Below, piece after piece: positions 45,901 through 53,486 of a stretch of 64,000 bases of DNA (position 1 is its first letter; each line of letters opens with the position of its first letter). Source of the DNA: Flavobacteriaceae bacterium (lineage in GTDB: Bacteria; Bacteroidota; Bacteroidia; Flavobacteriales; Flavobacteriaceae); NCBI GenBank assembly GCA_964220295.1, contig CAXPUM010000015.1, positions 7,761-71,760 on the forward strand. Reading direction: 5' to 3'. The notes beneath the pieces are model-generated. The model did not search any database, was not told where the DNA came from, and saw nothing but the letters and a program-made list of their open reading frames with translations. A program made the translations under genes and the position numbers.

Positions 45901-46918
45901 ACTGGATATAAAAGGAGCGATCGATAATTTTTCAGATTTCATTAATAATAAAGACGCTAATGAATCTCATAATTCTTCTTTTACTATTCGATCACCCTAT
46001 CTAAGTGATGACGATATTAAAGCGTTACTTTCTTCTGCAAATCTGGAGAAAGACACGACCAAAAGTGGCAAATTCGAGACCAGCAAACTGAAGAAGGCAT
46101 TAAACGGAATCAATAATTCCTATTATCCTTTAGTGAGACTGGATATCGATTCTCTGATCATTAGCAACATTGCAGTTTCCGATTTTGGCTCCGACCTCGG
46201 ATTTCAGTACAACGGGGATTTTATGATCGAAAATACGAGTTTAAAATACCGCTCGGGTTCCATAGATCTTTCTCTTGAAGTAGGTGTGCAAAGCGAAGAA
46301 AACCTGCCGGTAACCATTAATATGGACGCCAAGAACCTCGCACTTGAAAAGGTGGTGAAAGATCTTGATTATTTTCACAATACGGACCTGGAAAATACAG
46401 AAAGAATAAACGGGAATTTAAATTATGTACTGAATGCCACCGGTGTTCTAAAAAACGACGGTAGTCTTGATCTGAATTCTTTGAACGGTACGCTTCAGCT
46501 GGAACTGGACAGTCTTGCCCTGTACAATTTTAAACCGGTGATGGAAAAAGCTTTTTTAATGAAAGAAGAGCGATTCAAGCACTTACGCTTCCGTCCAATT
46601 ATTCAAACTTTTAAAGTGAAAGATGGGGAGATCATCATTCCAAGAACAGAAATCCAGTCTTCAGCGCTGCACGTATTTGTCCAGGGAAAACTGAAATTAG
46701 ATGAATATATTAATATCTGGCTATCCCTTCCATGGAAAAATTTGAAATCGAACGACGGAATGCAATTACCGGAAAAAACCACCTTTGAAGATGCGGGTTC
46801 CAAGTTTTATATCCAGTTAGTACAGGATAAAGATAGTGACCGGGAAAAAGATCAAAAACTGCGAACAAAATTCCGTTTAAGCGATGCAAAACTGGAAAAA
46901 AGTCTGGATGAAGAATAA
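42986..46918 (+). CDS. AsmA/TamB-like giant envelope protein, N-terminally membrane-anchored
   Basis: 1310 aa with a single N-terminal TM (IGLLIGLILLAPVILFSVGWF). The rest is long, beta-rich and Asn/Asp/Lys-rich with no catalytic motifs. The family call is from overall architecture only. Confidence 0.5.
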   Translation: MEKIAKHTKPKIKWLKRIGLLIGLILLAPVILFSVGWFNRDLLIDGIQEWYRANGNGELEIGEVDATFISGFPNVGFTINEIYQSSFDSVLDKRTSVAIKKARVNIGAKDLLKGNLQFKSIAISDARIFSEVQTNKSLEDYILLKEQSQENPDPGIQLPTWLHPKLTNFSLRDVHFVAKDTMLNKFFDLELNSANGVIRSEKTRSTGNVNFEIKANDLGFNTKKGSYINGAWVSGHPEFVLNKENNMLLLPKFDMSIGKQEFKVNAEFDFTNITTYNFTLENEKTNFQHLKELLPDTLHEKLSRYDIARPLETNLSLEGKFQYGNVPFINADFSTEGNALNINDSINLNKVSFKGSLTNDFQENGMPGKPDIKVYFEDFEASLKDIQLTANNSFYQSTEEIKNLVDATVKINGSSQSLANVLKNDNFDFKGGDFSLNTHIAGDITDIEQIFDSSTGKFTMKNTRVVLKENQLQLPIELVDLNLNNESSVLNSLVVNLPNGENLVFQGNVQHTSSLLSNDPKIPAAASVTLDSDELNLNDLIGTAMEFIPKNEKKSDLKTLHETFAAIYKKFRPQFKLNLKALNYNGITLNDLDADVRLLDAETIIFDDFDFRYQGARTMLNGTVRVPDPGEASVEPIFIKVATESSGPISVFQDLFNIQLMKINKGEYAFKGNVEGNIQKFEQILNNTQGNLKLKNASFYYPNAASDIVLDSLNIAVDHSDVRIDRFKIEVGDHHPFALSGQINDFPGFLLDDVKKTGNISVDLDARFVDMDQWLKTINSMEKDSVKQDMESGKLEAVFQDAYEFHPSLNIKIDSLKYQDLITEKMNARVLFKNDSVVELEELKLKYKKSGARIVGAVTAQHIADSVFSQNPFTFDFKTEITGPNSDLNDLLKTSNFVLETGNYEFHGSYSGQARNMKIANSITGGDLAIGKSRVNVKAADLEIPVDSLHLQIKDNLATLDRLDIDLPGKSSLDIKGAIDNFSDFINNKDANESHNSSFTIRSPYLSDDDIKALLSSANLEKDTTKSGKFETSKLKKALNGINNSYYPLVRLDIDSLIISNIAVSDFGSDLGFQYNGDFMIENTSLKYRSGSIDLSLEVGVQSEENLPVTINMDAKNLALEKVVKDLDYFHNTDLENTERINGNLNYVLNATGVLKNDGSLDLNSLNGTLQLELDSLALYNFKPVMEKAFLMKEERFKHLRFRPIIQTFKVKDGEIIIPRTEIQSSALHVFVQGKLKLDEYINIWLSLPWKNLKSNDGMQLPEKTTFEDAGSKFYIQLVQDKDSDREKDQKLRTKFRLSDAKLEKSLDEE

Positions 46919-47341
46919 TTAATCTTCGTAGAACAGGAAAAATGGTTCCATTAGTCGTGCTATCTGCTCGGCATTCTGCTTAGAATATTTGTTTTCTTCA
47001 ATGTACTTCTTGATCGTTGCGAGATCTTCTTCCGTTTTCACCAAATTGAATTTTGAGGAATACTTCAGAAAAACTGGCTTGGATGTTGGGCGATCAAAAA
47101 TTTCGATGATATCAGTATGCCTGGAATCCCTACGAATTTTTCTATGATAAAGCTCCCTGATCTCTTCCTTCTCCCCTTCCAGCACCTGGAAAAATCGGTT
47201 GGTTTCCTTTGAATATAATAACAGGCCATGAATCTCGCATTCCTGGTTGTGTTCGCTGGTAACTCTAAATATGTTTTCTACATCCTCTTCTGAGAGATCA
47301 TTTCCCACACTGCTGTAGCAAATAGTATGAGGTAACTTCAT
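46919..47341 (-). CDS. Short BLUF-domain blue-light (FAD) sensor protein
   Basis: 140 aa. The BLUF signature is present: ICYSS (Tyr9), HN (Asn32), HGLLLYS, FFQVLEGE (Gln52) and D.RH. A ~45-aa C-terminal helical extension follows. Confidence 0.85.
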   Translation of the reverse strand: MKLPHTICYSSVGNDLSEEDVENIFRVTSEHNQECEIHGLLLYSKETNRFFQVLEGEKEEIRELYHRKIRRDSRHTDIIEIFDRPTSKPVFLKYSSKFNLVKTEEDLATIKKYIEENKYSKQNAEQIARLMEPFFLFYED

Positions 47342-47504
47342 CTAACTAAAAATTTTTTTCAATATAATAATTTCTATTACTAAAAGCCTAACACTTTATT
47401 TTTAGTGAAATAGGTAAAAGGCAACTGAAAGTATTGAGTCGAAATCCCTTTCAAAACTTTTAAAATCCTTGCAAGTGTTCGAGAAATTGGAGAGGAAACA
47501 ATAG

Positions 47505-47540
47505 AAAATAAAAAACCCACAACTTTCGTTGCGGGTTTCT
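47505..47540 (-). terminator. Intrinsic terminator after tRNA-Ser
   Basis: The minus strand reads CCCGCAAC-gaaa-GTTGTGGG followed by a T-run, immediately 3' of the tRNA. Confidence 0.75.
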
Positions 47541-47541
47541 G

Positions 47542-47626
47542 CGGAGAAAGAGGGATTCGAACCCCCGGAGGTGTGACCCTCAACAGTTTTCAAGACTGCC
47601 GCATTCGACCACTCTGCCATTTCTCC
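47542..47626 (-). tRNA. tRNA-Ser, anticodon UGA
   Basis: 85 nt: GGAGAAATGGCAGAGTGGTCGAATGCGGCAGTCTTGAAAACTGTTGAGGGTCACACCTCCGGGGGTTCGAATCCCTCTTTCTCCG. The acceptor stem is 7 bp, the anticodon loop is CT-TGA-AA, the variable arm is long (class II), the T-loop is TTCGAAT, and CCA is not encoded. Confidence 0.95.
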
Positions 47627-47754
47627 GTTAGCGGATGCAAATATAAGAAGCTTTTTTAATTACCTACAAAGATTTTTTAAAGTTTTTGAAAAAGCTTTTT
47701 ATCATCGATTTAATTATCTAGATAGCCTGCTGATAATCAATAATCTCAAAAAGA

Positions 47755-48315
47755 TTACTCTACCATTTTCTTTTCATCTCCCTTAGCATACCCAAAAGTT
47801 ACCGATTTTACTTCCGGAAAATTCAGCAATGTTTTTTCTACTAGAGGATGAATTTGTGCACGCGCCACCGAAACGCCAGCCCACCCATCTTTATCGATAT
47901 TCAGTAGTATATAAATCGAGTCTTGCTTCTGTTTAAAATAGACCACTTCCGCTTTATCTGGTCCGCCGCCAGTTCCGATTTGTGCAGCGGCAGCGTTAGC
48001 TGCTGCTTCTAATTGATTAACGTTAGAAACTGCTTCTATTTCCTTTTTAACAAACTGAATTCTCTCTAGTGGATCTGGTCCTCCTGCCTGAAAGTGATCG
48101 ATCATCATTTTTTGATATGCATCCATGTCTTCAGGCACCATGATTACTAAAGACCTGGCTTGCTTATCAGTTGAAGAAATGTTAGAATTTCCTTCTTTTT
48201 TAGCCGTTTGTTCGGCTGAATTCTGCTTGCAACCCAAGAACGCAAGAATCAAAACCAGCATTTTTAAAACCATAAATTTCCTCCAGGAATTCATATTTTC
48301 TAAATTTAGTTTCAT
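47755..48315 (-). CDS. Hypothetical lipoprotein (possibly GerMN-like)
   Basis: 186-aa ORF. The likely start is M8 (nt 48294) or later, giving the signal ...LVLILAFLGC. The family is not securely recognised. Confidence 0.55.
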   Translation of the reverse strand: MKLNLENMNSWRKFMVLKMLVLILAFLGCKQNSAEQTAKKEGNSNISSTDKQARSLVIMVPEDMDAYQKMMIDHFQAGGPDPLERIQFVKKEIEAVSNVNQLEAAANAAAAQIGTGGGPDKAEVVYFKQKQDSIYILLNIDKDGWAGVSVARAQIHPLVEKTLLNFPEVKSVTFGYAKGDEKKMVE

Positions 48316-48443
48316 ATAAAATTAATCATTGACCAGGTTAAAGTCTTCTTTTTTACGATTCCTTAAACATTTTATTGAATAGATTCGTTTCAGAAAAAAT
48401 GCAGAAACGTATATTTACAATACCTCTTCCTTAATTAATAACG

Positions 48444-49148
48444 ATGATGAAATTAGTTTTCCAAATTTGCATTTTTATAACCGTGAGCAACTTATTTGCT
48501 CAGAAAGAAAAAGAACTTTATCCCGAAATGATGAACCAGGACTGGCCAAATCTTCAAAAATATCGAGAAGCGAATAAAGAAATTACGGAGAAGCCTCTAG
48601 CTGTTTTTATGGGAAATTCCATTACTGAAGGCTGGGCAAATATGCATCCGCAATTTTTTACCGAAAATAATTACGTGGGAAGAGGGATTAGCGGGCAGAC
48701 CACTCCGCAGATGCTAATCCGTTTTCAGCAGGATGTGATCGATCTGGAACCTCAGGTAGTGGTCATACTCGCTGGAACGAATGATATCGCCGGGAATACG
48801 GGCTATGCTTCAGAAAAAATGATCACTAATAATATTCGCTCTATGGCAACTTTAGCGCAAGCAAATGGAATTAAAGTGGTTCTTTCCTCTATTCTTCCGG
48901 CGTACGATTATTCCTGGAGACCCGGTTTAGAACCTTTTAAAAAGATCAATTCGGTTAATGAATGGTTGAAGAAGTATTCCGAAGAAAATGGGTTTACATA
49001 TTTAGATTATCATTCAAAAATGAAAGATGATCGAGATGGCCTACCGGTAGAATATTCGGAAGATGGGGTACATCCAACGGCTACCGGATACGATGTTATG
49101 CAGCCAATGGCTAAGAAAGCGATTCAAGATGCCCTGGAAAATCAGTAA
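48444..49148 (+). CDS. SGNH/GDSL-family hydrolase (acylhydrolase/esterase)
   Basis: 234 aa with a signal peptide. Block I is VFMGNSITEGW, block II GISGQTT, block III LAGTNDI and block V DGVHP. Confidence 0.85.
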   Translation: MMKLVFQICIFITVSNLFAQKEKELYPEMMNQDWPNLQKYREANKEITEKPLAVFMGNSITEGWANMHPQFFTENNYVGRGISGQTTPQMLIRFQQDVIDLEPQVVVILAGTNDIAGNTGYASEKMITNNIRSMATLAQANGIKVVLSSILPAYDYSWRPGLEPFKKINSVNEWLKKYSEENGFTYLDYHSKMKDDRDGLPVEYSEDGVHPTATGYDVMQPMAKKAIQDALENQ

Positions 49149-49211
49149 ATGAAGCTGGTCATTTATCGTTTTAGTAGTATATTTCCGCTCCTTATTAAAA
49201 AATAAAACAAG

Positions 49212-50237
49212 ATGAAAAATTTACTGGCAATTGCTTTAATGGCAATTCTTGTATCCTGCGGCGCCAGACAGAAAAATGTCGATAATGCCGACCCGATGAA
49301 ATACGCTAACACGATCACTGCCTCAGATCTTAAAGATCACCTTTATACTTTTGCGAGTGACGAATTTGAAGGACGCGAAACGGGTGAGCCGGGACAGAAG
49401 AAAGCGGCTGAATACCTTAAAAAAGAATACAAAAGCATGAATTTGCCATCTCCAATGGGTGGTGACGATTATTTCCAGGAAGTAGATCCTAGTTATTTCA
49501 AAAAAGGAAATATCAAATCTACTGAAAACGTGATGGCATTTTTAAAAGGATCTGAAAAGCCGGATGAGATCGTAGTAGTTTCTTCTCATTATGACCATAT
49601 CGGAATTAGTGATGATGGTCAAATTAATAATGGTGCAGACGATGACGGTTCTGGAACTGTTGGGGTTCTTGAGATCGCCCAGGCTTTCGAAAAAGCAGCC
49701 AAAGACGGTTATACACCAAGACGCTCTATTCTTTTTCTAAATGTGACCGGAGAAGAAAAAGGCTTAATCGGTTCAAAATATTATACAGATAATCCTGTTT
49801 TTCCTCTTGAAAATACGGTAGCCGATTTGAATATTGACATGATTGGCCGTGTAGACAAAGAACACGAGGGAAAAGGTGATTACATTTACCTTATCGGGAG
49901 TGATAAATTAAGTACCGATCTTCATGAACTAAGTGAAGAAGTAAACAAAAAGTATATGAATCTGAACCTTGATTATACTTATAATGATGAGAATGATCCG
50001 AACCGTTTTTACTACCGTAGCGACCATTACAACTTCGCGAAGCACAATGTGCCGATCATTTTTTACTTTAACGGAGTTCATCCAGATTATCACAAACCAA
50101 CAGACACTCCAGACAAGATCAATTATGACATGCAGGCAAAAAGAGCGCAATTGGTTTTCTTAACTGCCTGGGAAATTGCCAATCGTCCTGAGAGACTGGT
50201 TGTAGATAAAGCTGTAGAGGAAAATGCTTCTAAATAA
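49212..50237 (+). CDS. M28-family zinc aminopeptidase, lipoprotein
   Basis: 341 aa with lipobox LVSCGA. It has the metal-ligand motifs SSHYDHIG, GADDDGSG and TGEEKGLIGS. Confidence 0.88.
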   Translation: MKNLLAIALMAILVSCGARQKNVDNADPMKYANTITASDLKDHLYTFASDEFEGRETGEPGQKKAAEYLKKEYKSMNLPSPMGGDDYFQEVDPSYFKKGNIKSTENVMAFLKGSEKPDEIVVVSSHYDHIGISDDGQINNGADDDGSGTVGVLEIAQAFEKAAKDGYTPRRSILFLNVTGEEKGLIGSKYYTDNPVFPLENTVADLNIDMIGRVDKEHEGKGDYIYLIGSDKLSTDLHELSEEVNKKYMNLNLDYTYNDENDPNRFYYRSDHYNFAKHNVPIIFYFNGVHPDYHKPTDTPDKINYDMQAKRAQLVFLTAWEIANRPERLVVDKAVEENASK

Positions 50238-50260
50238 GATTTTGAAATATAAACAATTTA

Positions 50261-50287
50261 AGAGCCCGGTTTTCCCGGGCTTTTTTT
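50261..50287 (+). terminator. Intrinsic terminator after the M28 peptidase gene; its T-run overlaps the stop codon of the convergent GNAT gene
   Basis: The stem is GCCCGG (50264-50269) / CCGGGC (50275-50280) followed by T7. Confidence 0.8.
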
Positions 50288-50792
50288 ATTTCAGGTAATA
50301 GCAAAGTTCCTTTTCATCGTTTGGTAACCTGAACATTTTACTAAATTCAAAGCCTAGTTTTTCCAGTAATTTTCTGGAAGCAGCGTTAGTTGGAACAGTG
50401 ATCGCTGCCAGTTGCTCGAGTTGAAAGTCTTCGGAAGCCTTATCAACGAGTTTTCGGGTCGCTTCGAAAGCATAGCCTTTTCCTTCAAATTCCTGTAATA
50501 GAGCGAAACCCAAATCCACCAGGTTCAATCCGTCGCGTTTATATAATCCGCTAACGCCTATTTTCATCTGGTCCTCTTTCCGAATTATCGTGAAACTGGA
50601 ATAACCTATTTGCTCTCGCTGGCTGATAATTTTTTCTGAAATATATTCAGCAGCAGCTTCAACTGAATGAATATTCCTTTCGCCAATATTCTGAAGCCAT
50701 TTTGGAGAATTCAGAAGTCGAAAAAATAATTCCGCATCCTCCAGATCGGTTGGTTTCAGTATGAGTCTTTCCGTAGAATAAAGTGGCGCCAA
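50286..50792 (-). CDS. GNAT-family N-acetyltransferase (RimJ/RimL-like)
   Basis: 168 aa with TERLILKP..LEDAE and QEFEGKGYAFEA (acetyl-CoA loop). Its TTG start directly abuts the pcm TAA stop. Confidence 0.8.
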   Translation of the reverse strand: MAPLYSTERLILKPTDLEDAELFFRLLNSPKWLQNIGERNIHSVEAAAEYISEKIISQREQIGYSSFTIIRKEDQMKIGVSGLYKRDGLNLVDLGFALLQEFEGKGYAFEATRKLVDKASEDFQLEQLAAITVPTNAASRKLLEKLGFEFSKMFRLPNDEKELCYYLK

Positions 50793-51434
50793 TTAGTTTT
50801 TATCTTCCAATAGTGGGACAAATCGGAAAGCCCCGAATTCCGTTTTATCAAATTCTTTCGGAGATTTTCTTATAAACAGTGTCATGGTTTGTACCTCATC
50901 TCCCACTGGTATCACCAATCTTCCGCCAACTTTTAACTGTCCAAGAAGGTCTTTCGGAACAAATGGGGCACCGGCAGTGACAATGATCTTATCAAAAGGG
51001 GCATATTCCGGCAAACCTTTATAACCATCACCAAAACTGAGATATTTTGGCCGGTATCCTATTTTACTCAGGAAAACTTTGGTCTTTTTAAAAAGCTCTC
51101 GCTGCCGCTCAATACTGTACACTTTAGCGCCCAGTTCGCAAAGTACTGCGGTTTGATAACCACTCCCAGTGCCTATTTCGAGAACTTTTTCGCCACGTTT
51201 GACTTCGAGTAGCTGCGATTGAAATGCCACCGTATAAGGCTGGGAGATCGTCTGGTCAGCGGCAATAGGAAAAGCTTTATCCTGGTACGCGTGATCCTCA
51301 AAACTGCTGTCCATAAACAAATGCCTGGGTATTTTGCCAATTGCGGCCAAAACCTTCTCATCGGTCACTCCTTTTTTCTTGACGGTTCTTACCAGCTGTT
51401 GCCTTTTTCCCTGATGTCGGTAGGTATCTTTCAA
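50793..51434 (-). CDS. pcm: Protein-L-isoaspartate O-methyltransferase
   Basis: 213 aa with ISQPYTVAFQ and the SAM motif VLEIGTGSGYQTAVL. Confidence 0.92.
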   Translation of the reverse strand: MKDTYRHQGKRQQLVRTVKKKGVTDEKVLAAIGKIPRHLFMDSSFEDHAYQDKAFPIAADQTISQPYTVAFQSQLLEVKRGEKVLEIGTGSGYQTAVLCELGAKVYSIERQRELFKKTKVFLSKIGYRPKYLSFGDGYKGLPEYAPFDKIIVTAGAPFVPKDLLGQLKVGGRLVIPVGDEVQTMTLFIRKSPKEFDKTEFGAFRFVPLLEDKN

Positions 51435-51565
51435 TTCCGGATTGGTTTAGACCTTAAAAATAGAGAAACCAATCGGAAAAATCCAAGTCAATTTGAACCG
51501 GATTCGTTCCCGGAATTATAAACTATTTACAATCAAAATGCTATTTTTGTGAAAAACGCAAAAAT

Positions 51566-52531
51566 ATGCTGAAAGCAGGCGTTCTGGGTGCAGGACATCT
51601 TGGGAAAATTCATCTCAAACTTTTAAACCAGTCAGAAAAATATGAGCTTATCGGTTTTTATGATGCCGATAAAGAAAATGCCAGGAAAGTCAGTGAAGAA
51701 TTTGGTTACCGCGCATACGATAACCTGGATGACCTAATTGCTGATGCTGATATGGTAGATGTGGTCACTCCTACTCTTTCCCATTTTGAAGTTGCCAAAA
51801 AAGTCATTTCGGCTGGGAAGCATCTTTTTATAGAAAAGCCAATCACCAATACTTATGCTGAAGCAGAGGAGCTGATTGCACTCGCTGAAAAACATCAGGT
51901 GAAAGGCCAGGTTGGGCATGTGGAACGGTTTAACCCGGCATTCCAGTCGGTTACAGACCGTATTGAAAACCCAATGTTCATTGAGGCGCATCGCCTGGCT
52001 GAATTCAACCCACGTGGCACCGATGTTCCCGTAGTTCTGGACCTTATGATCCATGATATTGACGTGATCTTAAGCGTGGTAAAATCAGAAGTTAAAAAGA
52101 TCAATGCCAGCGGAGTTTCAGTAATAAGTGATACTCCAGATATCGCAAATGCCCGAATCGAATTTGAAAATGGCTGTGTAGCGAACTTAACAGCCAGCCG
52201 CATCAGCATGAAAAATATGCGGAAATCAAGGTTTTTTCAGAGAGACGCTTACATCTCAGTAGATTTCCTGGAGAAAGTTTCTGAAGTAGTTAAAATGAAA
52301 GATGCTCCTGAAGAACCTGATGATTTCGCCATGATCCTTCAAAATGCGGAAGGTGTAAAAAAACAGATCTACTTTGATAATCCTTCGGTTTCAGCCAATA
52401 ATGCCATCCTGGATGAGCTCGAAACTTTTGCTGATGCGATCGAAAATGATCAGGAACCGGTCGTAACACTTTTACAGGGAGCCAAAGCATTAAAAGTCGC
52501 TAACCAGGTTATCGCAAGTTTTGATCAATAA
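51566..52531 (+). CDS. Gfo/Idh/MocA-family NAD(P)-dependent oxidoreductase
   Basis: 321 aa with an N-terminal Rossmann motif (AGVLGAGHLGKIH), EKP and a GH..RFNP motif. Confidence 0.85.
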   Translation: MLKAGVLGAGHLGKIHLKLLNQSEKYELIGFYDADKENARKVSEEFGYRAYDNLDDLIADADMVDVVTPTLSHFEVAKKVISAGKHLFIEKPITNTYAEAEELIALAEKHQVKGQVGHVERFNPAFQSVTDRIENPMFIEAHRLAEFNPRGTDVPVVLDLMIHDIDVILSVVKSEVKKINASGVSVISDTPDIANARIEFENGCVANLTASRISMKNMRKSRFFQRDAYISVDFLEKVSEVVKMKDAPEEPDDFAMILQNAEGVKKQIYFDNPSVSANNAILDELETFADAIENDQEPVVTLLQGAKALKVANQVIASFDQ

Positions 52532-52574
52532 ATGAATTAGAAGGATGCTTCCTTCAGAATTTAAAACAGTTAGA

Positions 52575-53465
52575 ATGAAAAATATAGCAGTAATTGGAGC
52601 AGGAACGATGGGGAACGGAATTGCCCATACTTTCGCCCAGTACGGATACAAAGTTCAATTAATAGACATCAGTGAAAAAAGCCTGAAAAAAGGTATGGAA
52701 ACTATTTCCAAAAACCTGGACAGAATGGCCTCCAAAGAGAAGATCACTGAAGAAGATAAGCAGGCAACGCTGGATAATATCACTACATACAGTAGTATTT
52801 CTGAAGGTGTGGAATATGCAAGCCTCGTGGTGGAAGCAGCTACAGAGAATACCGAACTGAAGTTGAAGATTTTCCGCGAGCTGGACGAGGCTACTTCTGA
52901 AGATACCATTTTAGCTTCTAATACCTCCTCGATTTCCATAACTCAGATCGCTTCTGTAGTTTCTCACCCGGAAAGAGTCATCGGGATGCACTTTATGAAT
53001 CCGGTGCCGGTAATGAAACTGGTGGAGATCATTCGTGGGTATAATACCAGCGACGAGATCACTGAAATTGTGATGGAATTATCTAAAAAACTGAATAAAG
53101 TACCGGTAGAAGTGAATGATTACCCGGGATTCGTGGCTAACAGGATTCTAATGCCAATGATCAACGAAGCGATCGAGACGCTTTACAACGGTGTGGCCGG
53201 TGTTTACGAAATTGACACGGTAATGAAATTGGGAATGGCTCATCCTATGGGACCACTCCAACTGGCAGATTTTATAGGTCTCGACGTTTGCCACTCTATA
53301 CTGGAGGTGATGTATGAAGGCTTTAAAAATCCGAAATATGCACCATGCCCGTTATTAACCAATATGGTTCGTGCAGGAAAAATCGGGGTGAAATCTGGTG
53401 AAGGATTTTATGATTATGCTGAAAGCCGAAAAGCAGAAAAAGTTTCTTCCCAGTTTGCTTCCTAA
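52575..53465 (+). CDS. hbd: 3-hydroxybutyryl-CoA / 3-hydroxyacyl-CoA dehydrogenase
   Basis: MKNIAVIGAGTMGNGIAH is a typical N-terminus. The ORF track extends it 10 codons upstream to 52545, which I consider less likely. It also has NTSSISIT and HFMNPVPVMKLVEII. Confidence 0.9.
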   Translation: MKNIAVIGAGTMGNGIAHTFAQYGYKVQLIDISEKSLKKGMETISKNLDRMASKEKITEEDKQATLDNITTYSSISEGVEYASLVVEAATENTELKLKIFRELDEATSEDTILASNTSSISITQIASVVSHPERVIGMHFMNPVPVMKLVEIIRGYNTSDEITEIVMELSKKLNKVPVEVNDYPGFVANRILMPMINEAIETLYNGVAGVYEIDTVMKLGMAHPMGPLQLADFIGLDVCHSILEVMYEGFKNPKYAPCPLLTNMVRAGKIGVKSGEGFYDYAESRKAEKVSSQFAS

Positions 53466-53486
53466 TTGTTCAACTAAGAATTTAAT

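Noticed and set aside
41955-47341. Idea that the BLUF sensor and the Kir-like channel form a light-gated K+ channel system
   Set aside because: The two genes are separated by a 3.9-kb AsmA-like gene, lie on opposite strands and have separate promoters. Only proximity supports a link, so I keep them as separate observations.
47380-47620. Two minus-strand ORFs of 67 and 72 aa
   Set aside because: Both overlap the tRNA-Ser gene and its terminator. The tRNA folds canonically and explains the sequence.
47342-47754. tRNA-Ser as a possible integration site for a genomic island, with the BLUF gene as cargo
   Set aside because: No integrase, transposase or direct repeat of the tRNA 3' end is visible on either side. 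The flanking genes look like ordinary chromosomal genes with similar composition.
51439-51485. 9-bp inverted repeat GATTGGTTT...AAACCAATC in the pcm / Gfo-Idh-MocA divergent promoter region
   Set aside because: It is a single, short, AT-rich hairpin with a 17-nt loop and no U-tract, and it overlaps the pcm 5' end. This is not enough to call an operator or terminator without comparative data.
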